Numbered from the stretch's first letter, positions 9,250 through 20,304 are shown. The stretch is 64,000 nt of DNA from an uncultured Candidatus Saccharibacteria bacterium (GCA_964387275.1 CAYLVW010000001.1:5514-69513), one strand, 5' to 3'. The notes: a model not told the origin generated them from the sequence alone. Made by a program: numbers and translations.

Positions 9250-10546
9250 TTATTGCTTCCTAATACTCTCCATTAACTCTAGGTATCTTCTTACTTCTGC
9301 GGACCACTTTTCTAATGGTTTATCTGCAAGAATGGCAGATACATATTGTACTGGTAGGTTTCCTTTAGTACGTAATCTTTCAAAAGCCTGTATTGCTCCT
9401 ATTACGATAAGTCTGTAGTCGTCTATCAAAACTTTTTCTACCCACATAGTTTCAACTTCAGGTACTTTTTTGTATTGTTCCACAGGTGTTTTGTAATATG
9501 TATATCGCTTAGGATCCGTCATTGTTTTTATCAGATCTTTTCTTGTTTGCCCGTTATCTTCTGCTTCTTGTGCAAGGATTTCGTTTTTGGCTTTTACTAA
9601 TAGTACACGTTGTTGTGCTCTTAAACTGCTCATAAATAGAGCTTGTCGCTGTGCGGGGTCCGTTTCTTTAAGAGTTGCCTCTAGGTATAGTAGACAATCT
9701 TGTTCTGCTAATAAAGTTTCCATATCAAGAGCTATATTGTTAATAATGTGTTGTTGTTCGTGAGTAACTATTTGTTTTACTCTGTCTTTAGGGTTAGATG
9801 CATCTGCTAAGATGTAAGGCTTATGAGGATTTGTACCTGCGAACCCTTGAGTTATATAACCGGGATTTGGTCCAGAACCTTTAAGTTTTTGAAGGGTGCT
9901 TTGATCTGTTTTAATTGTAATAGCAGGTCCTTCCACTGTAGCAGTGGTTGCCTTTGACTTTGGTGCTCTAAAGCCAGTCATGTATTCTGCAAGTTCGTGA
10001 TCGTTTTCGAATCTTCGTTTTATATTAAGAGCGCGTTCACGATAAGACCTAAAATCTCTAACCCAACTTTTGGCTGTAAGTACCTGAATAGGCGTAAAAC
10101 CGTATAGTGAGTTGAACATTTCTATAATGTTTACCAGTTTGTCCGTTTCTGTGTCAGGATCGTATGTAAGGTAACTTTCTACCAAACTTCTGCAAGTTGC
10201 TAATGCGTCACGTTGAAGTACCAACTTAAATTTGTACCTTCTGAGTTCTTCTTTTTTTTTGATCAGCACCCAAGCCTTTTATTTTCTCGAGTTCTACTTG
10301 CGGGTTAAAAACATCTATGAGTGGTGGGTGTGTATCTGCATAGTTAACAACTTCAGCTTTTGTTAGTTCATCAAATTCCTCCGGTGTGGGTCGAACTATC
10401 CGTGACTTTATTTTTAGTCTGTAATAATTTAGCTTAAATTTTATTTTTTCAATATCTACACCAAATATTTCTAGACCCTGGGGTCTATCCTGTATATTTC
10501 CTACTGCTTGTATACTTTCGACTTGAGGGTTTTCCAGTTTGTTCAT
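9250..10546 (-). pseudogene. Hypothetical protein with HExxH motif, split by a frameshift at an A9 tract
   Basis: ORFs 10226-10546 and 9250-10269 join if one A is removed from the tract at 10252-10260 (GADQKKEELRRYK); THEQQH motif. Confidence 0.7.
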
Positions 10547-10711
10547 TCTCTTAATGATATCAAAATGGTGGGTAGGTGGTTATTTTGATAAACTACGTAC
10601 TGATGAGTGGCTTGATTTAATTTTGTATTTCTATCGTTATCTTTATAGTTACATTTATGGTTGCACTCATTTACCTATAGTTGTTGATTTTTTGTATGCT
10701 ATAATCCGATT

Positions 10712-12223
10712 TTGAAGATATTGATTAATATTATGGGTATTTTCCGTAAAACAAACATTCAAACAATTGTTCAAAGTGCTACCTCCGAGATAGGTAGGGG
10801 GTATTTAGTGGATGGTAAAAGATACATAACTCATACTGGTCTTCACCACAAAGAGAGTGCTTTATATAGTATGACTTCTTGGCAGAAATTATTAATCATA
10901 TTAATGGTCATATTTATTTTGTTAATGTTGGTTACTAATTTTCATACTTCATTAGTCGCACTAAATGCTGCATTAGCTACTTTATATTTCACAGATTTAT
11001 TGTTTAACTTATTCCTTATCTATAGATCCTTTTCCAGTAGCCCAGAAATTAGGGTTAGTGATACTGAGATATCAAGCCAAACTAACTGGCCAAAATATAC
11101 AGTGTTTTGCCCGTTATATAAGGAAGCGGAGATAATACCGCAGTTTGTAGAGGCGATGTCGCGTATGGATTATCCAAAAGATAGGCTACAAGTTTTGTTA
11201 TTACTCGAAGAAGATGATAAAGCCACAATACAAGCAGCTTATAATATGAATTTACCTACATATGTTGAAGTTGTCGTAATTCCACATTCACTGCCAAAAA
11301 CAAAACCAAAAGCACTTAATTATGGTATGGGTTATGCTACTGGAGATATTATTGTTATTTATGATGCCGAGGATATCCCAGAACCATTGCAGCTAAAGAA
11401 AGCAGTTCTAGCGTTTGCAAAGTCCTCAGAAAATACAGTTTGTATACAGGCTAAACTCAATTTCTATAATCCATACCAAAATTTATTAACTAAGATGTTT
11501 ACTTCTGAGTATTCTTTATGGTTTGATTTAGTTCTGACAGGTCTTCAGTCTATTGATGCTCCAATCCCCTTAGGTGGAACCTCAAATCATTTTTTGACCA
11601 AATATATTAAGGTGCTTCGAGGTTGGGACCCTTTCAACGTGACTGAGGATTGTGATCTTGGGATTAGATTAGTAAAGAAAGGATATAGAACCGCAATATT
11701 AGATTCCACAACCTATGAAGAAGCAAATAGCGACTACATAAATTGGTTTTGGCAACGAACACGCTGGATCAAGGGTTACATCCAAACTTATTTCGTTCAT
11801 ATGAGGGATCCAAAGTCTCTTTGGGCAGGTATTCGAAATCCTCACATACTGACTTTTCAGTTAGTTGTTGGCGGTAAGGTATTATCAATGTTTATTAATC
11901 CCCTAATGTGGATCACAACCATTTCCTATTTTGTTTTTAAACCTTTAGTAGGTGATACAATAGAGTCTTTTTTTCCTGCACCTGTTTTTTACTTATCTAT
12001 CTTCTCCCTGATATTTGGTAATTTCTTATACATGTACTATTACATGATTGGGTGTGCAAAACGAGGATACGATGAGCTGTTAATTTATACTGTGCTCGTA
12101 CCATTCTATTGGTTAGCAATGAGTTTTGCTGCTGTTGTAGCCGTTTGGAGATACATTGTCGCTCCGCATCACTGGTCTAAAACTAAGCATGGGTTACATT
12201 TAAGGACTACCAATTCAATATGA
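10712..12223 (+). CDS. Processive GT2 glycosyltransferase (cellulose-synthase-like)
   Basis: DAED, VTEDCDLG and QRTRW (QxxRW) motifs; flanking TM helices; alternative start ATG 10733. Confidence 0.9.
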   Translation: MKILINIMGIFRKTNIQTIVQSATSEIGRGYLVDGKRYITHTGLHHKESALYSMTSWQKLLIILMVIFILLMLVTNFHTSLVALNAALATLYFTDLLFNLFLIYRSFSSSPEIRVSDTEISSQTNWPKYTVFCPLYKEAEIIPQFVEAMSRMDYPKDRLQVLLLLEEDDKATIQAAYNMNLPTYVEVVVIPHSLPKTKPKALNYGMGYATGDIIVIYDAEDIPEPLQLKKAVLAFAKSSENTVCIQAKLNFYNPYQNLLTKMFTSEYSLWFDLVLTGLQSIDAPIPLGGTSNHFLTKYIKVLRGWDPFNVTEDCDLGIRLVKKGYRTAILDSTTYEEANSDYINWFWQRTRWIKGYIQTYFVHMRDPKSLWAGIRNPHILTFQLVVGGKVLSMFINPLMWITTISYFVFKPLVGDTIESFFPAPVFYLSIFSLIFGNFLYMYYYMIGCAKRGYDELLIYTVLVPFYWLAMSFAAVVAVWRYIVAPHHWSKTKHGLHLRTTNSI

Positions 12224-13704
12224 ACTATAAAACTATTACAACATTTATTATAGTTTTTATTCTTTATGTACTTCTGAGTAGGGGATTTATCGGCGTAACC
12301 TCCTACGGTAGTTTTGATGACATTACAGACCCAGTATTAAGGAGTTCTTTTGAGAGTTCTCAGGAACGCGCTCGGTACTCTCAGATGTTGAGTTTTGTAA
12401 CTCAAGGAAAGCTTTCAATAGATGATGTTAAAGATTTTGCAAAACCTGATCTAGCTTGGATTAATAATCACTATTACCCAGCATACCCACCTGGATTATC
12501 TATTTTATTGTCCCCATTTTTTGCCATTGGCCATTTGCTTAATGCTCCTATGGTATTTGTTAATCTAGCAAACGCACTCCTAACCTTACTAACAGGTTAC
12601 TTATTATATAGAGTAAGTAAGCGCATAGGCTTTAGCTACGATGAGTCTTTACTTATTGGAGTTATATATACTGCTAGTACTTTGGTGCTTTCCTATGGTA
12701 CTACTTTATATCAGCATACGCTCTCGGGGTTACTACTATTTGTGATTCTGTATCTGCATCTGGTAAATTCTAATGCGTCAAGTTCTTGGTTTCTACTCCT
12801 ATTACAGGGATTATTAGTTTCGGCAGCCTACCTGGTCGACTACCCTAATATAGTACCCGCGCTTGTGATATTTATTGCAACCTGTATTACTAAACTGCAT
12901 TACTCTGAAGATGCTGTTAAGTTATATATTACTGTTAGATCCAATTTACTTTGGTTATTTTTGGGACTATTGGTTGGATTTATACTAATTGGCCTAATAA
13001 ACTATTCTCTGTTTGGGCAAGCATTCATATTGACTAATAGGTACAATCTCAGGGTACTAGACCTCCATAACATAACTTATACCTACGAATCACTTAACTC
13101 TAGTATGTTTAGTGAAGTTGTCTATGCAGAAAAATTTAATATTCACAATCTTTTCAGAGGAATACACATATTACTTTTTTCAGTGGATAGAGGTCTATTT
13201 ATTTATACCCCGATTTTGCTGTTACTTGCTTTTACTATTAAAAGATTTGGTAATCCTAATTTGAGAAATTTATTATTGCTTACATTTTTTAGCAATCTAC
13301 TACTCTATTCAATGTATGACGATCCCTGGGGTGGTTGGGCTTTTGGACCAAGGTATTTAATACCCACACTTCCCATGCTTGTTTTGCTATTAGCACCATT
13401 ATTACGAGTGGGTATACCAAAAAAGGTGCTGTATTTATTTATTCTTCCATTTATGTCTATTATTCCTTTACTTGGTGCTACTACTAGCAATTTAGTTCCC
13501 CCAAGCATAGAACAGAATTTGACTATACCAAGTAGTTTCCTGACTAACATTGAGTACCTAAGGTCTGGGTACACTGGATCCTTTGTGTTTAACCACTTAT
13601 TTCGAGATTACATGAGTTTGACCTGGTATTTTCTTCTAGTGTTATCTTTCCCATTTATACTTTATGTGTTGTTATACTTCTTTCAAAGAAAGCACACCCC
13701 ATAA
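12220..13704 (+). CDS. Polytopic GT-C-fold glycosyltransferase-like membrane protein
   Basis: >10 TM; YPPG and WGGWAFGPRYLIP motifs; ATGA overlap with GT2 gene. Confidence 0.7.
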   Translation: MNYKTITTFIIVFILYVLLSRGFIGVTSYGSFDDITDPVLRSSFESSQERARYSQMLSFVTQGKLSIDDVKDFAKPDLAWINNHYYPAYPPGLSILLSPFFAIGHLLNAPMVFVNLANALLTLLTGYLLYRVSKRIGFSYDESLLIGVIYTASTLVLSYGTTLYQHTLSGLLLFVILYLHLVNSNASSSWFLLLLQGLLVSAAYLVDYPNIVPALVIFIATCITKLHYSEDAVKLYITVRSNLLWLFLGLLVGFILIGLINYSLFGQAFILTNRYNLRVLDLHNITYTYESLNSSMFSEVVYAEKFNIHNLFRGIHILLFSVDRGLFIYTPILLLLAFTIKRFGNPNLRNLLLLTFFSNLLLYSMYDDPWGGWAFGPRYLIPTLPMLVLLLAPLLRVGIPKKVLYLFILPFMSIIPLLGATTSNLVPPSIEQNLTIPSSFLTNIEYLRSGYTGSFVFNHLFRDYMSLTWYFLLVLSFPFILYVLLYFFQRKHTP

Positions 13705-13707
13705 TTT

Positions 13708-15275
13708 ATGAGGCAACTAAGTTTATCCATAACTAAAACTCCATGGGAGGTAGCTAAATATAGTACTAAGCTTACCAATACCACTAGAATTGCGTTGTTA
13801 TTTATAGCCTTTATGTCTATATTGTCCTGGTTTTATTACTATTCAGAGAATCTTACTTTAGCTTATAACGACGCTAGATCTCACTTAAACATATCAAGGC
13901 GAGTTGTTGATAGTTTACAGCCTGGTCTAGCGCAACTCGGTACCGTATGGTTACCCTTACAGCATGTATTACAATTACCTACTATTTGGGTGGACTATTT
14001 ATATCATAGTGGTATTTCTGGAAGTTTGATATCCATACTGGCATTTATACTAAGCAGCTATATACTTGCCAAGATTGCTAGAGTTTTAGGTTTTTCTGAT
14101 TTTCAGTCAGTCTTATTACTTGTAGTTTTTTCTTTAAATCCGAATCTTCTTTATATGCAAACCTCTCCCATGACGGAATCTCTGCTTATTTTTACTCTTG
14201 TATTCTCCACCTATTATCTTTTACTTTGGGAAAAGACAGGGAGCATTGGGCACTTAATAATTGCCGCTTTTGGTGTTTTCTTAGCAGTTTTGGCTAGATA
14301 TGATGGGTGGTTCTTTTATCTATACGCTCTTGTTGCTGTATTTTTAGTTTCTTTGCTAAAGTCTGGATTTAGAAGAGCATCAGCAAATGTTGTATTATTC
14401 GGAGCAATACCAGGTTTTGCTGTCTTTTTATGGTTACTTTGGAATCAGTTGATATTTGGTAATTTTTTAGAATTTATGAATGGGTCTTTTTCTGCGAAGG
14501 CTCAACAAGATATTTTGTTAGCAGAAGGAAGGCTGTTAACTAAAGGTTCTTTAGCGCAATCAGCCTATACATATGCCTTAACGGTGATAGAGAATTCTGG
14601 TCTTCTTGTAGTAATTTTGGGAGTTCTTGGGGTATTTCGTACAATATATATATAACTAGGAAAGATGCAACAGCTAACATAATTACATTGTCACTAATAG
14701 TACCTGTGGTATTTAATGTACTTAGTTTATTCTTAGGTCACTCAGTAATTCATTTACCAAGTATTCCACCTTACGCTTATTTTAATGTTCGCTATGGTTT
14801 GATGGCCTTGCCAATGCTAGCTTTTGGTATCGCATATTTGTTTGGTTCAAGAAAGTACTTGGTGATTATTCTAATGGCGGCTGTAGGTTTACAGTATAGT
14901 TATTTTTATTACACACACAATATTATTACAATCAAAGATGCTCGCATTGGTGCTAGTGGATTTTATCTCGATGATATCGGGGACTGGTTAAATCAGAATG
15001 CTTCTGATGGTTTAATATTGGTTGCTACATCAAGTCACGATGCCCTAATATTTACCGCAAGGCTCCCATTGTCGAGATATGTTAGTGAGGGGATGATAGG
15101 TTATTGGGATGCTGCCCTAAAAACACCCTCAAATTATGTAAAATATATAGTTATGCATGATGGAGATTTAGTTTCTAAAAGTATGAAAGATAACAAAGAT
15201 TTTGAGTATAACTATGAGCTCGTTTTCAAAGGAAATTTTTCTGATGTTTATAAGTTAAAGACCATTTATAACTAG
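13708..15275 (+). pseudogene. GT39/PMT-like membrane glycosyltransferase split at an (AT)n tract
   Basis: ORFs 13708-14655 and 14688-15275 fuse in frame if one AT is removed from atatatatata (14644-14654); motifs DARSHL, VWLPLQH, PMTE, RYDGW, NVRYG. Confidence 0.75.
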
Positions 15276-15308
15276 TTATTTGGTTTACTGTTGTGCTAAA
15301 ATCAGCAA

Positions 15309-16016
15309 ATGCAAGAAATACTAAACTCATTATTAAACCATGACCTAAAAGGACTAATTGAGCAGATAGGTTATCTCGGAGTGTTTGCAATAATATTTGC
15401 TGAATCCGGTGTATTAATCGGGTTTTTCTTACCTGGTGATAGCTTAATATTTACCGCAGGGCTACTTGCTTCTCCAAAGTTTGGTTTTTTCCATATCCTC
15501 CCTCTTTTAACAGGTTCTTTTATTGCAGCAGTTATTGGAGATAATGTTGGTTATGAGTTTGGTAAGAGGGTAGGTAGGAAGCTTTTTACAAAAGATGATT
15601 CTATTTTGTTTCATAAGAAAAATTTATTGGCTGCTCAAGAGTTTTACGAGAAGCACGGTGGTAAGGCTATAATTCTAGCCAGGTTTATGCCTGTTGTTAG
15701 AACCTTTGCCCCTATTGTTGCAGGTATCGGGCATATGGATCACAAGAAGTTTAGTTTTTTTAACATGATTGGTGGAGCTATTTGGGTTTTTGGAGTGGGT
15801 TTAATGGGATACTTTTTGGGTAGTTTGATTCCTGATGTTGATAAGTATATTGTTCCGGGGATAGTAATTATTTTGTTTGCATCTGTGGCGCCTCCGATTT
15901 GGCATTTATATAAAGAAAACAAGAAAACTTTTTGGGAAAAAATGGAGGAGAGAGTTTTTGTTCATGCAAAAGCTTTGTGGTATAGGTTAGGTTTTGGTAA
16001 AAAACCACAAGAGTAA
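15309..16016 (+). CDS. dedA: DedA family membrane protein
   Basis: FAESG..FFLPGDSL, GDNVGY, ARFMPVVRTF. Confidence 0.92.
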   Translation: MQEILNSLLNHDLKGLIEQIGYLGVFAIIFAESGVLIGFFLPGDSLIFTAGLLASPKFGFFHILPLLTGSFIAAVIGDNVGYEFGKRVGRKLFTKDDSILFHKKNLLAAQEFYEKHGGKAIILARFMPVVRTFAPIVAGIGHMDHKKFSFFNMIGGAIWVFGVGLMGYFLGSLIPDVDKYIVPGIVIILFASVAPPIWHLYKENKKTFWEKMEERVFVHAKALWYRLGFGKKPQE

Positions 16017-16135
16017 AGACTTATAAACCTCAAGTAGTTTGTGTAGCTCTCATCTATATTTTGCATCTCTCTTATTGATTTAACAACTCTATTAAAATCT
16101 CTTGCATTTGTTGCTAACAGTACTAAGATTTAATT

Positions 16136-16540
16136 ATGAAGAAATCATTAAGAGATAATTTTATATTGATATCGAGAGTCTCCTTATTTATTGTATATTT
16201 TTGGTTTGGTTTGCTTAAGGTTTTGGGTTATAGTCCCGCTCATGATTTAGTAGGGGATTTACTTTCAACAACAATTCCATTTATACCCGAAGAATTATTT
16301 GTAGTATCTTTCGGGCTTTTTGAAATGTTGGTAGGTTTGTTATGGCTTGTCCCAAGGATAGAGAAACCGGCATTTGTTTTGACGCTTATACATTTATTTA
16401 CTACCTTTGGTCCCCTTGTATTTTTACCTGAAGTTTCGTGGCAGGGATTACTGATTCCTACTTTAGTTGGACAGTACATCCTTAAGAACTTCTTAATATT
16501 TTCTTCTGCTGTTACGATTTATGTTTCAGCTGAAAAGTAG
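16136..16540 (+). CDS. DoxX-like membrane protein
   Basis: YFWFGLLK, GLFEMLVG, GQYILKN. Confidence 0.75.
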   Translation: MKKSLRDNFILISRVSLFIVYFWFGLLKVLGYSPAHDLVGDLLSTTIPFIPEELFVVSFGLFEMLVGLLWLVPRIEKPAFVLTLIHLFTTFGPLVFLPEVSWQGLLIPTLVGQYILKNFLIFSSAVTIYVSAEK

Positions 16541-16577
16541 TTTTGCATACTATTTAAATTATCGATAGAATATTCGT

Positions 16578-17168
16578 ATGCCCACTAATGCAGGAAGTAT
16601 TGAAACAATAGTTGCAACTGAAAATTCATTTGGTGCCTTTCTTGATGGATTACGATCTACCGAGAGGAATACTTTTGCTGACAGATTAAATTCTGTAATT
16701 GAAACAATTAAAGCTGATCCCGAACTTTCTGATGGTTTAGAGAGTCACCTTAAAAATGTAGGTACTGCTTATATTGCAATAGAAAGAGGTTTGCAGGAAG
16801 CAGGTAACGGCGCTGCTGTTTCCAGAGATAGGGTTCTTAGTGCCATGGAATACGGTGCTTCTGCCGCTTCTCCTTGGGCAGCTAACAAAGTAAGAATAGG
16901 AAATTCCACGTCATCCCTTATTGACTACGTAACAACCCCAAACATTCAGTTAACAACAGATTCTTTAGGTAGGATGATTAGAGAAGGGGTGAGATCTGGG
17001 GGTATGCCTGAATTTTATAGCGAGAAAGGGCCCGCTATAGAATCTCAAGTATATCTTCCTGTCGGAGGAAACTTGGAAGTGTTAGCGCATGCAAGAACGG
17101 GTGGTGTAGCGGTACCAAAGGATTTATACACTACTATTATTGATAAGTATCTTGATGAAATAAAATAG
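16578..17168 (+). CDS. Hypothetical protein
   Basis: 196 aa ORF; TAGAAT 7 nt before ATG. Confidence 0.7.
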   Translation: MPTNAGSIETIVATENSFGAFLDGLRSTERNTFADRLNSVIETIKADPELSDGLESHLKNVGTAYIAIERGLQEAGNGAAVSRDRVLSAMEYGASAASPWAANKVRIGNSTSSLIDYVTTPNIQLTTDSLGRMIREGVRSGGMPEFYSEKGPAIESQVYLPVGGNLEVLAHARTGGVAVPKDLYTTIIDKYLDEIK

Positions 17169-17306
17169 CACCCATATTTGATATTAAAGACCTATAGTGA
17201 TAAAATACCGTATTCGGAAAAAACCACCATTTGGTGGGGCTTTTTGTAGCCAAAATCCCGAGTACGTTGAAAATTCGTGATTCAGGTTTTGAAGGGAGGC
17301 AACTGT

Positions 17307-18158
17307 ATGGCACTTGTTAACTACATTTGTAGATGGTGTGGGTCAACATTTACGGATTTTCCCAAAGATGGGACTTGTCCTAAATGTATGGGGCCTGGAG
17401 TCTATGAGATTCCTAAGCCTGTTGTTGCTAAACCTACTTATCCCTCTGACGACCAGCCTCCAAGCGCTAGTACTCCTTCGCAGCAAACTCAACGAAGTAA
17501 CTACCCATATCAGCCTTATGTTTACACGAGACCTAGTCCTTTTCGGGAGGCTCAATATAGTCTCTTTAGGACTTTTGGTTTTAGAGCTATTGCTGTTGTG
17601 GTGGTTATTGTCTTTACAATTCTTGCAGTTTGGGTTGGTACCTGGTTGTTTTATACGGGATCACCAAACCAGCTGACAAATCCTAGCCTTCAAAACTCTT
17701 TTCCCACCACTTCCCCTACTGTTACACCTAACAGTATTAAGAAGCCGTGGGATGGTATGACGTTTCTTAGCTCAAATCAGGCGCAAAGCCTTAAAGAAGA
17801 AAGTAATGTTGTAAACTTCGCCGTTTTTAATAATGGTGATGTTAGTTATAGTGCTGGCTATGGAGTTGTTTATAGCAATGATTCAGGTTGGATTGATGCT
17901 GGAAGACCTATCGGGTTTTCTCAGCTGACTACAACCGGTAGTAGTGTAGTACTTACGATTCATGGTAAAGACTACACCATCAACATCTATCAGGCGTTTT
18001 CCCTTTCTCAAGACTGGGGCAACGTTTATATTGTTGATGCTTCAGGTAAGCTTTGGAAGAAAGCACTTATTGCAAGTGACTTTGTGGGTATAGATATCGT
18101 TTTGGACAACGTAGTTGTTACTATTGACCCCAACCCGAATCTCTCCCTGACCTACTAA
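17307..18158 (+). CDS. Zinc-ribbon, Pro-rich linker, single-TM protein
   Basis: CRWC...CPKC; SD GGGAGG before ATG 17307; TM AIAVVVVIVFTILAVWV. Confidence 0.8.
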   Translation: MALVNYICRWCGSTFTDFPKDGTCPKCMGPGVYEIPKPVVAKPTYPSDDQPPSASTPSQQTQRSNYPYQPYVYTRPSPFREAQYSLFRTFGFRAIAVVVVIVFTILAVWVGTWLFYTGSPNQLTNPSLQNSFPTTSPTVTPNSIKKPWDGMTFLSSNQAQSLKEESNVVNFAVFNNGDVSYSAGYGVVYSNDSGWIDAGRPIGFSQLTTTGSSVVLTIHGKDYTINIYQAFSLSQDWGNVYIVDASGKLWKKALIASDFVGIDIVLDNVVVTIDPNPNLSLTY

Positions 18159-18178
18159 GGAAAGGGAAAAGGAGCAAC

Positions 18179-19996
18179 ATGTTTCTTGGACTGTCCTTTG
18201 TAACGGCAATTCTTGCCGCTTTGTTTGCAGCTATTTATCCTTTGTTTGGTATATCCAATCAGGCGCGTGATAGGTATAGTAGGGTTGCTAATAGAAGTTT
18301 TGTTCCTGCTATTATCGCAGCTATTTTGGCCTTTATTGCAACGATGGTTTATTTTGTGTTTGGTTTGCCTGTGTTTGATCACCTTGTTCATTACTTTACG
18401 CTTGGTCTAATTGCTGCAATTTCAGCTTTCCTACCAAGCTTTGTGTACTCTTGGGCAACTGACGAATCTGAAACCGGTGGGTATGCCATTACCACTGTCA
18501 TTATTTTGGCAGCTCTTATTGCAAATAGTGTAGCTACACCGTTTCTTTTTTTCCAGCCGGGTTTTTGTGATCAGGTTGGTACTCAGAAGATGGTTAGTCT
18601 TTTGAAGATCAAAGATGGTGAAGGTGATATTCACCCAACCGATCTTTCTTCTATCATTAGAGTGTCTCCTGAAAATGCGTTGCTTAAGGCTAGGCGGTCA
18701 CTTCCTTCGGGAGCGAACCTTGGTTCGTATCTGGAGTTTAATCGTGCTTACCTTCAAGAGGTAGCCGGTCACTACTATTATGTTGTTGATCTTAAGGTTA
18801 AGGATTGGCGTGCCTATGAGACTAATGGCGCAGTGATTCCTGGTTTTATTCTTGTGGATGCTATGAATAACGAGGCCGAAGCTGAATTTCGCGCCGGTTA
18901 TTCTATTAAGTACTCGCCCAATATGGATGAGTTGAAATTCCTTAATGACCAAGATCTCGATCGTTATGTGTACTTTAACTTTATTTTGAATAACCCCGGA
19001 TTTAGGGTTATGGATTTGGATGGGATGGAGCTCGACGACTCTCTTACTCCTTACTACACCGGTACTGTTCTAAAGACAGTTGTTGGGTGGCAGGGTAAGG
19101 ATGTTGCCGGTGTTATTACTGTGAATGCTCAGACTGGTGAAATCCAGTATTACGAGCTAGGTAATATTCCTGAATGGGTCGATCGTGTGTATCCTCTTGA
19201 ATGGGGTTACACGATGCTTAATAACTGGTGGGGGCCGTATGCTTACTACCAGGTTTGTCAATTCCAGGGTAAGTCTAACCAGAGAGAAGTTGATGCTGCT
19301 AATGATGTAATTACCAGCAATGGTCTTGAGTTTCAGTACACTATGACGTCACCTAACAGCGACCAGTCTATTACTGAGATTATCTACATGGACCCTCGAA
19401 CTGGTGATCTTACCAAGTACCCCGCTTCGGGTTCTACGGTTATTGGTGTGGACAATCTTATCGATGAGGCTTCAAGAAAGCTTACTGCCGAAGGTTACGA
19501 GCCTGTCGAATGTGAGCTTCAGTTTATCTTGGGTCGTAAGGTTTGGTATTGTATTTTGAATGGTCGCGGTGCTGGTGATAACACTAGCTCCGGTTCCCAT
19601 AACGGGTTTGCATTTGTTCAGGATACGAATACTGAAGAAGGCACCAAGGTTATTATTGAGGCGACTCTTGAAGAGGCTTACCGCCAACTTCAACGCCAAA
19701 TCGCTACAGAAGGTGGCGATGTAACTGATATTGCAAACAGCACTAACGTTATGCAATTTGTCGGTGTTATTACCCACAAGGGTTTGCCCGCGGGGGATAA
19801 TCAGCCATACGTTATTATTGTTCAACTTGATGGAACAACTACGCAAGTTGTGTTCGCTGTTCCTACTACGAGTTGGAATGCCTCTGTGGCACAAGTTGGA
19901 GACAGCGTTACTGTCACAGCTTATGTCGAAGACGGTTCTTCCTACTTTACCGCTACTCATTTTATGATTAATGGTCTTGTAGACTTGGACAAGTAA
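18179..19996 (+). CDS. Conserved-looking membrane protein: 4 N-terminal TM, large extracellular region, possible C-terminal OB fold
   Basis: 605 aa ORF with SD AAGGAG; VITVNAQTGEI and VDRVYP segments; C-terminal AQVGDSVTV. Confidence 0.75.
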   Translation: MFLGLSFVTAILAALFAAIYPLFGISNQARDRYSRVANRSFVPAIIAAILAFIATMVYFVFGLPVFDHLVHYFTLGLIAAISAFLPSFVYSWATDESETGGYAITTVIILAALIANSVATPFLFFQPGFCDQVGTQKMVSLLKIKDGEGDIHPTDLSSIIRVSPENALLKARRSLPSGANLGSYLEFNRAYLQEVAGHYYYVVDLKVKDWRAYETNGAVIPGFILVDAMNNEAEAEFRAGYSIKYSPNMDELKFLNDQDLDRYVYFNFILNNPGFRVMDLDGMELDDSLTPYYTGTVLKTVVGWQGKDVAGVITVNAQTGEIQYYELGNIPEWVDRVYPLEWGYTMLNNWWGPYAYYQVCQFQGKSNQREVDAANDVITSNGLEFQYTMTSPNSDQSITEIIYMDPRTGDLTKYPASGSTVIGVDNLIDEASRKLTAEGYEPVECELQFILGRKVWYCILNGRGAGDNTSSGSHNGFAFVQDTNTEEGTKVIIEATLEEAYRQLQRQIATEGGDVTDIANSTNVMQFVGVITHKGLPAGDNQPYVIIVQLDGTTTQVVFAVPTTSWNASVAQVGDSVTVTAYVEDGSSYFTATHFMINGLVDLDK

Positions 19997-20002
19997 CTTT
20001 TT

Positions 20003-20051
20003 GCCCCGAATTCTTTTGATGCTATGCATCAGGGAGTTCGGGGCTTTTTTT
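20003..20051 (+). terminator. Intrinsic terminator
   Basis: gccccgaattcttttgatgc-tat-gcatcagggagttcggggc followed by T7. Confidence 0.85.
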
Positions 20052-20304
20052 ATACCCAGCTACTTGTTACAAGTTTGATTTTTTGTTTATGGGTTAGTTG
20101 TTTTATTTCGTACTCTCTTTTTAGCGCATCTGATTTATTATTGTAGTTTTCCAAATATACCAAATCTATGCTGTCAAATTTTCTAAGATACTTTGCGCAC
20201 CTAGTTCCTTTAGATTTGTGCTCATTAATTCTTTTGGCAAGGTTATTTGTTTGCCCTGTGTAAAATGTATTCTTATTGGTTTTAATAATGTAAACGGTAA
20301 ACAC
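20050..20304 (-). CDS. GIY-YIG nuclease (UPF0213/YhbQ-like)
   Basis: VYII...FYTGQT..RINEH...AKY...ALKREYEIK. Confidence 0.9.
   Translation of the reverse strand: MFTVYIIKTNKNTFYTGQTNNLAKRINEHKSKGTRCAKYLRKFDSIDLVYLENYNNKSDALKREYEIKQLTHKQKIKLVTSSWV

Noticed and set aside
9107-9418. 103 aa plus-strand ORF
   Set aside because: Antisense to a longer gene and to a structured leader; no recognisable motif
14653-14690. Stop-codon readthrough or recoded genetic code
   Set aside because: The two ORFs are in different frames, and TAA, TAG and TGA all end intact genes in this window
19472-20029. 185 aa minus-strand ORF and other long antisense ORFs (25176-25787, 34104-34490, 58056-58526)
   Set aside because: Antisense to well-supported genes
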